From Chara braunii (lineage: Eukaryota; Plantae; Charophyceae), in contig BFEA01000018.1 in the NCBI GenBank assembly GCA_003427395.1, forward strand, positions 1,584,098 through 1,648,097: 64,000 bases of DNA, in the 5' to 3' direction. Shown here in pieces: positions 24,681 through 35,508 of the stretch. A program made the position numbers and the translations under genes. The stretch's first letter is position 1, and every line of letters starts with the position of its first letter. The notes below the pieces were generated by a model. It saw nothing but the letters and a program-made list of their open reading frames with translations, was not told the origin of the DNA and did no database searches.

Positions 24681-26317
24681 TTTTTTATAGATATCACCTA
24701 CTTTAGGAAACCTAATAAGTCAATAATATGATAACATATATCAACATTTACCTTAAATTACTAGGACCTTATTCTTCTATGTTATATTCAAGAAGATGTA
24801 CATGATTTATGGTTTTTATTTGTTTATTCTTGACAGTGATGACTATTTACTTAGCAACTTGGGTAGTACTATCGGATTTCGGATGCGCATTGCACCAAAG
24901 ATTAGGTACAAAGTGCATATATCCTTATGGTTTGTGGAAAAACAACCATCTGTATGCAAAATTTGTCATATCGATTGTTCCCCCGGCCATTATTCAGTAA
25001 TCAAATACTTTGTTGTAATAACTTTCACTGATGTTTTGCAATTTTCAAAAGCGACTTCGTCACAAAAAATAGTTTCATGAAAATAAGCCTCTAGCGAGGC
25101 ATGTAACTGAATGGGATAATTGACTTGAAAAGTTGAAAAGTCCACAACGTTTTAAATTTTTGTTCCATTTGTCGAAAATAAGACTACTTGCATAGTTTGT
25201 TTGCAGTAGCCTAGTAGAGTAGGTACATCGCTGAACTCTGGAAATGGGGAGTTCGAACTCTAGTAGATGAGTGAAAAACTATAGTTATGAAATACTTAGG
25301 GTTGATCCATCATCATGATATTTTTTTTTTTTGTTATTTTTTTTTTAAACCACCACTACCTCCGGACGTATTTTCGTAAAGACGAAAAATAATTGCACGA
25401 AGTTTTTGCAGATCTGCAAGTCTGAGGATGATAAGAGTATCCCCCTGATTGAGGTCTTTATAGACCGATGACTCCGTTCTATTGGTGGGGAGCTCCACCT
25501 CCTGGAAATAGAGTCCAGCGCCTCTGACTTTACAATTACATCAATTCAATGTGTTGCCATTTGCTGAAGATCGGGTCCGATGCCTCTGTTATTAGGAGAG
25601 ATTCTTGCAATCTTCAACTCAATATGGTTGCCAGATATGCTATATACACCTGGTCTATCTTTCCTAAATTGTCTTCATCCTCCTAAGGCAACTCTGTAGC
25701 TGATCACTCCTATATTACAACTCTTGTTAATCAAGGTGGGTGATAGTCAAGGGATTTCTAACCCATCACCCATGAACACACTGTCGGTGCGGATACCCTT
25801 ACAAGTGTACTCGCACTGGGTCTTTGCAGTTGACAGGGAAATGGGTCGATTCATAATTAATGGGAAGACCCCGCGAGTCGCAGGGGTTCGCAGATTAAAG
25901 ATTCGGCGGTAACATCTAGGATTAGAGAGTGTGTGGGCGCGCAGGTTTGAGACGCGCGTGATTTTTCCCTCTTTGATCGCAATGGAGGACGAGGCGTGGA
26001 CTTGGTCGACGTGCTTCATCATAACAGTTGTTTGTTTTGATTAAACTGACTAACCTATGGGGGTTCTTTCCTCTAGTTCCGCATGGTACAGTGGACGGTT
26101 CGGTGAGCCTGTGTGGACTTACGAGGGATCCAGATGATGAGACCTGATGGATCTGGCAAAGGACGGGTAGCCGCGGCGAGGCCGGTAGGCCGACGCGAGT
26201 TTTGGGGTGGTCTTCTGTGCAATTGTGTGCCGGGAAGTGGCATAGGGTGTTTCCTTGGACCCAAAAACCGTGCGCTACCTCTTTATTAGGAGATTCGAGC
26301 CCACTGGTATCGGGCTT

Positions 26318-26390
26318 GGGCTTAGCCCTATAGGTTACGGCATTAGGCTGACACTACGAAGGTTCGGGGATCGAGGCCAGCGGGCGTCGG
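26318..26390 (+). pseudogene. Degenerate tRNA-like module in LTR A
   Basis: tagccctataggttacggc (D-arm-like), ctgacac loop, aaggttcggggatcgag (T-arm-like). Confidence 0.4.
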
Positions 26391-27118
26391 CGCAGCAACA
26401 TGGAGCGAAACATGAGGGGTTGAGGGCCCGGAAGGGCTAACCCCCTCGGTTTTGTTAGCAGGTGTGGCGGCGGGCCCAATCCACGGGAACCTCCCTTTCC
26501 CCGTTTTGTTTCTTTATTTATTTTTTTCTTTTTTTATATACCTCTTGTTATTTTTGTTTTAGTTTCCATCTTTTTGCTCGCGTCCTGCTTCGGGACGCGA
26601 TACCGGGATGGTTATAAGGTGGCGTGGAGAGTGTTGTTTTCGTGGGGATGCCTGAAGTGCAATTACAGACTGTGCTCGTGGCTGCGCAGGAGCTACCGTA
26701 ATCATGCCCCGTTCTACCTCGGGACGTGGTGCCGCGGACGGTGCGGGGTCTAGGGGCTTAGCCTAGTAGGGATACCCATGAACTGTTGAAACGTAGGCCC
26801 GCATCTGAGCTCAGGCGGGGGGCTGTCCCCCTTGGTTTTGGTGAAGGACACGGGGATGGGGCCCTGAAATTTTAGTTTTGCTCTATGTCTTCCCGTTGTC
26901 TTTTGTCTTTTCTTTTTGGATTTACCTCGTCGCGTCTGTACTTGGGCGCGATGTTGTGAGTAGATGCACCCGTGTTGAAATACAGGCCGTGTTCGAACCC
27001 AGATGATGAAACTTGATTTGTAAAAACAGGTATCCTAAATTGCCTGGGACCGGGGCAGGCTGACCCCGTGACCCCGGTGCTGGCCCTTGGGAAAGCCGCG
27101 GGGCGTCGCCCCTGCCAC

Positions 27119-27220
27119 GTCCTTTAGGGCATCCGTTAAAATTGGAACAGTATAAAGAAGATTAGCTTGACCCCGGCCGTAGGGCTGATGCATGTGAGTA
27201 AAGAGTAGGGGTATATTTTT
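27119..27220 (+). pseudogene. Full-length degenerate U6 snRNA copy embedded in LTR A
   Basis: gtcctttagggcatccgttaaaattggaacagtataaagaagattagcttgacccc...tattttt vs U6 GTCCCTTCGGGGACATCCGATAAAATTGGAACGATACAGAGAAGATTAGCATGGCCCC. Confidence 0.85.
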
Positions 27221-30200
27221 CTACGTACCGGTTGTGCTACCCGGCTTTCCTTTTCGGTGTCGGAGTGACCGCTAAGTAGACTGCGTTGAGGAGCTGTGTG
27301 CGGAAGACTACGTCGGGGGCGATATAGAGGGAAGGAAGGGAATGCACCTGGATGGGTTCCGGCGACAGATGCACCCACAGGCAGAGAGGAGGTAGACGTG
27401 TTGCTGCGGTGTGCGGATGGTTCGTCGGGAGGGGGTATAGGGGTGACAGGCCAGTTGAACCGTCTGACTCACCATAGCTAGGCCCTGCCGCAGTTCCCTC
27501 GGGGCAGCGCGCAACGACCGAGTGAACTAGGACGGGGGTTGCGCCAGGTGCAAGTGGAGCCAGCGGGCAGGCCGCAGCGAGCCAAGGAGCGAGCAGCGAG
27601 CGGCCGGAGTGAAGTGCCATCGAGCAAAGTAGGCAGCGCTGAGGCAGGCCGAAAGGGGGGACGGGGGCCGGTGCGCGTGAGTCTGGAGCCGGGAGTCGGG
27701 TGTTTTGTTTTTGTCTTATTTTGGTCGCATCCGTTTTGCAGAAGTCGAAGTACAGGATCGGGCGCTGACGGGCGAGTTACGGTGCGGTCGTGGGAACGCG
27801 TAGAGCGGAGGTAGTGTTGACATCAACAGGAGTGGGCGAAGGGATGGGCAGAAAGGATGTATAGGGACGAAGTTTGGGGCAGGGTGCATGCGGGGTATGG
27901 GCAGCGAACTCTGGCACAATAGGGAGATCGGGGCAGACAGGAAGCGGCGGAGTGACGCGCACGAAGGCAGGCGGTGGTGGTGCGGGCGACTGTCGGGTTA
28001 GCGCTGGAGAGGGCCGACCGGGAAGCGACGGGCGTTAGACAGGAAGGGATAAGAGGATGAATCACGCGCTAATTAGCTCCTGATACATTCGAAGGAGAGG
28101 AGACAAGGGGAAGACCGGGGTTGGACGTCGGCTGTGTAAAGTGCGACCGGGGCGGAACAGACAAGCAGCGAAAAAGAAGGGTGAATCTGGACAGGATAGG
28201 GTGCCGGGTGCACTTGGAGAGTAGGGCAATGCAGCGGACGAGGAGATGAACATGGCAGACGATGGAACCCGTAGTCCGCTCCTCCCTTATCACGCTTAAA
28301 AGAGAAGGGAGGCGATCCCGGGGTTTTTGCTCCGGGCGAGTCGATTGGCAAGGTCAGATTGAGGAGGAAATCAGTGTAATAGAAAGTAGATGAGAGAGGT
28401 GTTGCGCGGTGGAGTCGGGAAGGGAGACATAAAAAATCGCCATTTTCGCCCGTTAGTAGGCAAAAACGAGCAAAGGGGGGGGGGATACGAAACGGGGGTT
28501 TACAGCCATTGCGAGTGCGATTTAGTAGTCAGACAGGCGAGAAAACTAGTAGTGTTAGAAAGGGTAGGGAAAGGGTTAGTAGGAAAAAGGGTGCACGTTG
28601 AGCTGTGGAAGGGGAAGAAGTGGAGAGGCAAAATCCCGATCCTTGATGGAATCGGGTAAAGCAAAGGCGTAGACGGGGGTCTTAGGACAGGGCGAACCCA
28701 ATGGTGCCGAGCGAAAGTAAATGGCGAATGACGGAGGGTGAGTGAGTAAGAGAGCTGACCAGTGCCGACGAGGGAGGCGGGGAAGAAGCCGAGTGAGGAG
28801 ATTTTTCCCTTTCCTTTTCTGCTAAGCAATTGACTTTGTACTGGCATACGCCATATCTCCTCTACTGCTATAGCTATATTCGGGGTGTCGATTCCGTACT
28901 GCTACGATTGTTGCAAGGCACTGCGTACACCACCCTCTAGGCTCCAAGTTGTGACTTCGCCCATCTACCACTGCGGTGTTTGCTGCGACTAGTGACGTTC
29001 TTGTGACCAAGCTTGACTAGCTGGGGATAAGCCGCGAGGCTGAGTAACTGCCTACGGGCTTGAGTACTACCCAGCCCATTGCGCAGGCGGTCAAGGACAG
29101 CTGCGAGTGTTGCGGCAGGCTGCGACTATCGCTGAGAGGTGGGCCGCCGCTGCGAAGGTGATCCGTGGAGGGGGCCGTTGGGACGGCGGGGCTGTTGCCC
29201 TTAGCCGTGTGCGAGCCTGCTGATAGAGGTTGCTGCAGTTTGAACCCGATTGGTGTTGCTGTTGCCTGATGGTGCTTTGGATTGATGTGGGCCACAGCGC
29301 CTAGCTGCTGCATATAGCGACTTGTGCACGTTGTTCTGGGAGGATTACCGCGGTCATCATAAGGGAACAATATTGTAAGAGTGAAGGAAAGGCTGACAAT
29401 TGCTACTGCCAACTGTTGGCCGCAGCTTACTACGGCCAGCCACTGTGAGGGGAAGCTGTTGTTTGTTGGTTGGGTCCGGATGCCGCTTCTCTTAGGCTGC
29501 GGACTGTGTGTTCGGTGGGGGTGAGGAACCGGTGAAGGACGAGGTTGCTGCATACTGTGGTTGTTGCTGACGGCGCAGCGGCTGCCGGCTGTTGTAACTG
29601 GGCGCAGATTGCAGCTGCTATGGGCTGCTGTTACAGGCGACTAAGACTACTGTTGTCGACCATCGCCGGGTGCTGCTGCTGCCTGCAGCTAGTGTTGTGT
29701 GCTCCTGCATACCACCGTAGGAGGTGGCCGGTTGTTACAGGCTGCTGGGCAGCGGGGATTGGGCAGAGGAGGTTAGTGCTGTGATTTGGGAGGTCGACAA
29801 AAAGTGAACCTTGACGATTGATTGACGAGTTGACCAAGCTGTTATATTTTGGCTGCCATTGCGGGGCCCTCGGGCGATCCAAGATATCGAGGCCCTCTCC
29901 AGTGAGCTTGAGAGCACCCATCTTGTATCTGAGAGTCTCAAACCTTCTGGTTCTACCCTTCTTACTCTAAGTCTAGTCTCGATCTGAGAGGAAGGCGGTA
30001 GGCGGGATTGCAACCCGTAGGACCGCATCAAGACTCTGTGGGGAGTCAACCCACCGATTGCGGGAGCTCTGCCAGAACTCAGGAGGAGTTCAAATTCTGG
30101 AGGCAGGGAACTGACAGGTAACCCTCCATTCCCCTTTATAAACCCAGTTATAATCCCTATCTGTATCCCCCATTGCATCGTTGACTGAATATATGAAGTG

Positions 30201-30380
30201 CAGCCCTACTTTATTTTTGGTTTGGCTTTCAGGACACTGGGTCAGATTAAGTTAAGGAATGTTTGTTCAACTTCAGTTTCAACTTCGTTGATTGTGTGAA
30301 ATCATACTGTTAAAAGAAACTGCATCTGAGAAAGGCAGGATGGAGGGCTGTTTTGGTTGAGGGTGGAATGGGCCATCAAG

Positions 30381-31320
30381 ACTGGGAAGTCCCCTTAAGT
30401 TTGGGGAGACCCAGTGCTTTGTTTTTTTTTTTGTTTTGATTGAAGCACTAGACCCTTCTATAAGTTTAGGGGGTCTGATTGCTTTGGACATTGGGATGTC
30501 CCCATAAGTTTGGGGAGATCTAGTGCTGTGTTTTGCATGAAGGGTCAGGCTTTTCTATAAGTTTAGGTGGCCTGACTGCTCTGACTTGTGAAGGGTTTGA
30601 TTGTGCTCGATTTTCAGGGACTCGGGGCATTCAATAAGTTTTGGTGCCTTGGGTTGCCTTGTTTTCACTGGGTTTTATTTGTTTCTTTGGTTTCTGAACG
30701 AGGAGGTCTGAGTTGTTCTATAAGTTTAGGTGGCTCAGCCTCTTCCTTCTTTTTATTCTGAAGAAGTAATCTTGGCAAAGGGCAGACCCTTCTGTAAGTT
30801 CAGGGGGTCTGACTCGATGCTACACACATGATGATTCAGAGAGAAATGAAAATTGGCAGAGAGTTAGATCCGTCTGTAAGTTCAGGGGGTCTGGCTCAAA
30901 GCCTCGTACATGCTGGAACCTAATGGTTATAACTTAGCTATACTTTACTACTATTCTATCTAAGAACGAGCTAATCAGACTATTCTATAAGTTTAGGTAG
31001 TCTGACTATAGCCTATCGCAACTTGAAGAGAGTATAACTAAGAATAAAACCGGTGGTAAACTGGGGCAGACTGAACTTAAGTTAGTTCAGTCATATGCAG
31101 CCTTAGAAGACAAAGGTGAAAACAAATATATACAACTTGGATATCTTAAACGGTTCAGGGCGACTAGAGTGGTTTAGTCATGCGCCCAAATAAGAGAAAA
31201 GTTGTTGTGCCATATGTTTGTGTATACTTTGGCTAAGATGGATTCATTCCATAAGTTTGGGTGGCCCGACTTTAGGCCTGGCTAAGGTAAGGTTCATTCC
31301 ATAAGTTTGGGTGTCCTTAC
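30381..31320 (+). repeat. Array of ~12 stem-loops with a TAAGTT loop (LTR A)
   Basis: For example gactgaact-taagtt-agttcagtc, cagacccttctg-taagtt-cagggggtctg and tcccca-taagtt-tgggga. Confidence 0.9.
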
Positions 31321-31619
31321 CTTATGCCTTATGTAAGCTGGGTACAAGGGATTAAATCATTAAAAGGTCATGAACTATTGTTTGTTCAGGTATACTTTGG
31401 GATGGTGAGAGTACTTACCTTTGTGGTCTGGCTTGCATGTGACTGAGTGAGGCCACTACTTAGTATGAGTTTCAGGTTGATAGGTAGTTGCTTTAGCTGC
31501 TCGTCACGTGCTAGAGCCATAAGAGTTAGTGTCAATTCCTGCATTTTCTGTAGTAACTTTTTTTTACTTAGGTCAATTCTCGCATTTTCTGGGATCTTTT
31601 CTTAAACTTGGCTTTGTAT

Positions 31620-32165
31620 AAATCTTGGCAAGCTACTTTCTCTACGGGAAGCGCTGCCAAAATTTCTACAAATCCAAGAAGTTCGTCAAATTTTTGACTT
31701 GTCAAAAGTTCAATTTTGTCTTTTCTTTTATCTGACTTAGTAAAAATCTGGGAAGTCTCCTTTTCTAAAGGGAGTGTTGCCCAATTTTTTGTTAATTCAG
31801 GAGGTTAGACAAAATTGGACTTTGAGAAGTCAAAGTTGCTTTCAAATTCTCGACTTAGTCTTGTATAAATTTTGAAATAACACTTTTCTAGAGGGAGTGC
31901 TGCCGAAATTTCTGCAAAACTAAGGAGTTAGTTAAATCTTGTATAAAGTTGAACTCAAGTTGTCTTTTGAAGTTCATATCTGACTTAGTATAAATCTGGG
32001 AAGCCTCCCTTTCTAAACGGAGTGCTGCCCAAATTTTTACTAATTCAGGGAGTTAGACAAAATTGGACTTTCCAGAATTAAAGTTTATTTCTGCTTTCAT
32101 ATTTGGACTTATATAAATTCTGGAAAAACACTTTTCATATGGGAAGCGCTGCCGAAATTTTATTA
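31620..32165 (+). repeat. ~124 bp degenerate tandem repeat, 5 copies, core GGGARGYGCTGCCSAAATTT (LTR A)
   Basis: Cores near 31646, 31770, 31893, 32019 and 32141. Confidence 0.85.
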
Positions 32166-34902
32166 GTTTAAAGGAGATCGATTATATTTTGACAGGTGGC
32201 GATTTTGATAGTCCACTCTGAATGGAGGAAAATTTTGCCATATTGCTTAGGGGTAGGTTTAGACATAGTTAACTAGGATGATTTGGGTAAGATCACGATA
32301 TGAAGATTGTTCTCCATGAACTTATAGATTTAGCCTGGGGCATTGACCTGTCATGTGTTACAGACCCTCTTGATCGTTTGATTCAATATCCGGACTAGAT
32401 TCAGCTTGATCCCTTGAGGATCATCATCTGTTATCATTGATAACAGGTCGGTTGCCGATTCGTCGGTCTACGATTCAATTCCAACTCACCCTCCACACTC
32501 AACCTAAAAGGCTTTAGCCCTGGTGATTTCATTGTTACATTGAGGTTTCACCCGGACTTTTATTGAATGGCCATTTAACAAAGGTACTGAGTATTTAATT
32601 AAGGTTGGTTGGACAGGAGGTTGGGGCTTGCATGGCTAAAGCGAGGGGTATGAGTGCAGAGAATGGTTGGGGTTGACTCCGTGTAGTGCGTGGACTGTTG
32701 TTTGACTCTTCGATGTGATTGCAGGTATGTGCTGTGGCTTAGATCCTGGATTTGACTGCCTGCGATCGCATATATACATATGGTTGTGAGGAACCCCACT
32801 GAGACCGTGAGAAGTGATCGTCACAAACTTACCCCTTTGTATATGTATACATGGGTGTACTTGGGATGAATGTCTGCATGGGCTAAAGGGGCCCGTACTA
32901 AAAGCCTACTCAGAGGTTAAGACTGAGAGGCATAGGGAACGCCCTTCCTTTTATTTGTTTTGCTTTTTGGGGGTTTTCTTAGTCGGACGTTGGTCCTGGG
33001 TCCTTGTCCAGGACATCCCAAGCCCGAGGCTCTGCAGGGGAGGGATTCCCCCCTCGCACAGAGCCTATTTCCATTGCCCGTCGAGGCACCCCACCTTGAA
33101 GGCGGACATGTCGCATGGGCTGAACGGCATGTCCTTCAGCCGTTCAATATCGTGTGGGGTCCCCTCACGATATATTCATTCAGCCATTCAATATCGCGAG
33201 GCCGGACCCACGTTTACCACGTATGGTTGACATCGTTGGTTGGTATGAGACTGACCCACAACTGCGCGACTTTATATTAGAATCCCGCGCGAGGTGTTTC
33301 GCCGCCCTGGTGTTTAAAAGTTATGGGATCAAAAGGGGTCAGCACACACGCGCGAACGCTTGGGATTACTATAGGCCGCTGGCATCACCCGAAAGGGGAG
33401 GGTACCCCAAGGCTTTGTTTTCTTTTGGGATAAAGGGAACCTTCGGTCTATTTATGCTTTTTAGATGTTTATGGTTGGACGTTGTAGTCCGTGGCAGCCG
33501 TCAAAGTCAACCCCCCTGACTTTTGTTCAGGTTTGGAAAGGGGCTCATCTCCACGGCAGTAAGAAACGACTGCCACCACAAGTATGGACCTGTGTACCAC
33601 CCGCTCTGCACAGAGTGCAGAAGAGGGTGTGTGATATTCAACCGCACATGGCGGTTGTCCAGCGTCGAGAGATTAACCCTCAAGGCGCGTGTCAACCGAC
33701 ACTTGAGTGTCGAATGCGACCCTCGAGATTAACGAGGACCGCATGAATATGGGTACTACATGGTACGCCATCATTGCGACTGCTTGCGTACGTTCGCATT
33801 GCTAGCCGATATGAGTAGGCCCTGCGTCCGTGCGGTTTTATACTAAGTCTATCGCGCGACGCTTATCCGATTTTCGCATTGGAAAGTTATAGGATGGCTA
33901 TCGAGGGGCTAGGAGCGTTGTCACATTGTTTGTGTTGTGTCATTTCGTATGTGTGTGTATGTGTGTTTTATCTTTGTGTTTTGTTGGAATGGTGTGCGCG
34001 TGGTGTGTGGGATGTGTCCTAGTCGACCGACGACGGGCCGCGCTTAGGACTTCAGCCCCCCAAGATGTCGGTTCGTGTGCGGGCCCGATAGAGGCGTATT
34101 ACCACGCGTACCCTCTATGCTACAACGAACGAGAAACGCCCTCGGCTGGTCCACCTCTGCGATTGCAACTGATTAACTTTTGTACTGTAGACTGGTAGCT
34201 CGACGGGGATAAGCCCACCGAAGGGAGGTGGCAACTCCCGTAAGGTGGAGGTAGGTCGTGCCTCGCGTAGGCCCTATCCTCTCGTAGGGGCTCGCGAGAG
34301 GTATGGCTGGCGCACTCAGCCGGAGTGGGTTGCGGAAGCTCCACATGTATATTTACGACGAAGGATTTAAACCAACTCCTGCGTTGTCAGTGCAAATACA
34401 CTTACAAGGGTATCCACCCTGTTTTTTGCATGTGACAGAAAATAGGCTTAATTTAAAGTTTGAGTGTACCGCACGAGTTGCAGCAGTGTCTGCTGTTTAT
34501 ATTGACTGGGTGGTTGACTAGAGTAGAGAGTGTAGGGGCGCGCAAACTTGAGGCGCTCGTGGTATTATTATTATTATTTTTATTTATTTATTATTATTTT
34601 TTTTTAATGACCGAAGAGTCGGCGTGATCGCCGGTTAAACTTTTATTTATTTACTTCTGATTTAAATTAGGTTTAATTGATATGATAATTTTTGGTATGT
34701 CTGACCGAGACACGCGCGCGGGCGTGGAGATCGGCCTCGACAAACAGTGAGATTTCTGCATGATAAAGGGGTGCTCGACATCGAAGGCTGGTGGGGCGAG
34801 GACCCGGTTTTTAATTAGTTTCCGTGTTTAGGCTTTATTTCTAATTTTTTTTACTTTATTGTTACCTTCTGCCTTTGTTGGTAATCGGTTTTGAGACCGA
34901 CA

Positions 34903-34965
34903 GGTCAGGTTTAGTTGGTATGCCATTGAGCTGTTGGAAAACAGACCCGAGTTCGGGCTCCCTCG
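34903..34965 (+). pseudogene. Degenerate tRNA(Pro-like) module in LTR B
   Basis: ggtttagttggtatg...gacccgagttcgggctc. Confidence 0.4.
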
Positions 34966-34995
34966 TGTTCGGTACGCTGNCGGAATTTCTTTGTC

Positions 34996-35508
34996 CCGCC
35001 TGTCTTGAAACAGACATGGACCGAGGAGTTCAANGGGCTTGCGAACTGGTGGGTAGACCGAAGGGGCCTGTAAGATAATGGATCGTGCCCGGGCATAGTG
35101 GCTTGAAAGCTGTCCGAGGCGCTGTTGAGGGACCGCGGCGGTGNCGNGGCAAGCTGCGGGTCNCGGGGAACCCCTCCTCCACTTTGGTTTTCAAAGTTCT
35201 CAATTGAGTATTTGTTACTACCGCGGGGATCTGCATTAAGGGTTGTTTTGTCCTAAACCCTGCCTATGAGCCCGTAGTAGGCCCGCGGCCCCGCCTCCGG
35301 GATGTTTTGTGTATGGGTCATCGGTTGTGGGCCTGAAAAGTGGCCAGCGTTTGCTTGAGCCGAGTGAACAAGGAGGTGGGCCCCCTGTAGAGGTGCGCAC
35401 TAATAGTTGTCGGACGGCTCGCTCGACGGGCTTGGGCATAGGGGCGAAAGACTAATCGGACTGTCCGGTGGCCGATTCCATCTGAAGTTTTCCTTAGGAT
35501 AGCTGCAG
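34996..35508 (+). pseudogene. LSU (25S/28S) rRNA-derived segment embedded in LTR B
   Basis: cctgtcttgaaaca..tggaccgaggagt (cf. CCCGTCTTGAAACACGGACCAAGGAGT) and ttgggcataggggcgaaagactaatcg...gaagttttccttaggatagctg (cf. TTGGGTATAGGGGCGAAAGACTAATCG...GAAGTTTCCCTCAGGATAGCTG), in the correct order. Confidence 0.88.

Larger units (their letters stand above)
25782..34384 (+). mobile_element. Giant LTR A (>=8.6 kb), interrupted ~70 bp before its 3' end by LTR B
   Basis: Starts TGTCGG plus the terminal hairpin. Its distal part is homologous to B (29830-32190 vs 38540-41397) and to the reverse complement of the D LTR (~30480-34384 vs 60820-64000). Confidence 0.8.

Noticed and set aside
25400-25780. 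Possible decayed transposase after the TTAA-type left end
   Set aside because: Stop-riddled frames with no recognisable motif.
26640-26700. 5.8S rRNA-like words in LTR A
   Set aside because: Similarity is too weak to call by eye.
27119-27220. Functional U6 gene
   Set aside because: The ACAGAG box and 3' half are mutated, and no USE/TATA promoter was recognised.
30381-31320. CRISPR-like repeat/spacer pattern
   Set aside because: The repeats are variable-stem hairpins at irregular spacing inside a eukaryotic LTR, the spacers are shared among LTR copies, and there are no cas genes.
34300-34325. True LTR end plus tRNA PBS at TGGCGCAC
   Set aside because: Homology between C and D continues to CGCTCGA(C/G)A, where C returns to LINE sequence and the end mirrors the TGTCG start; kept only as a possible relic.
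34996-35508. Functional rRNA gene
   Set aside because: Partial and heavily diverged, with no SSU or 5.8S context.
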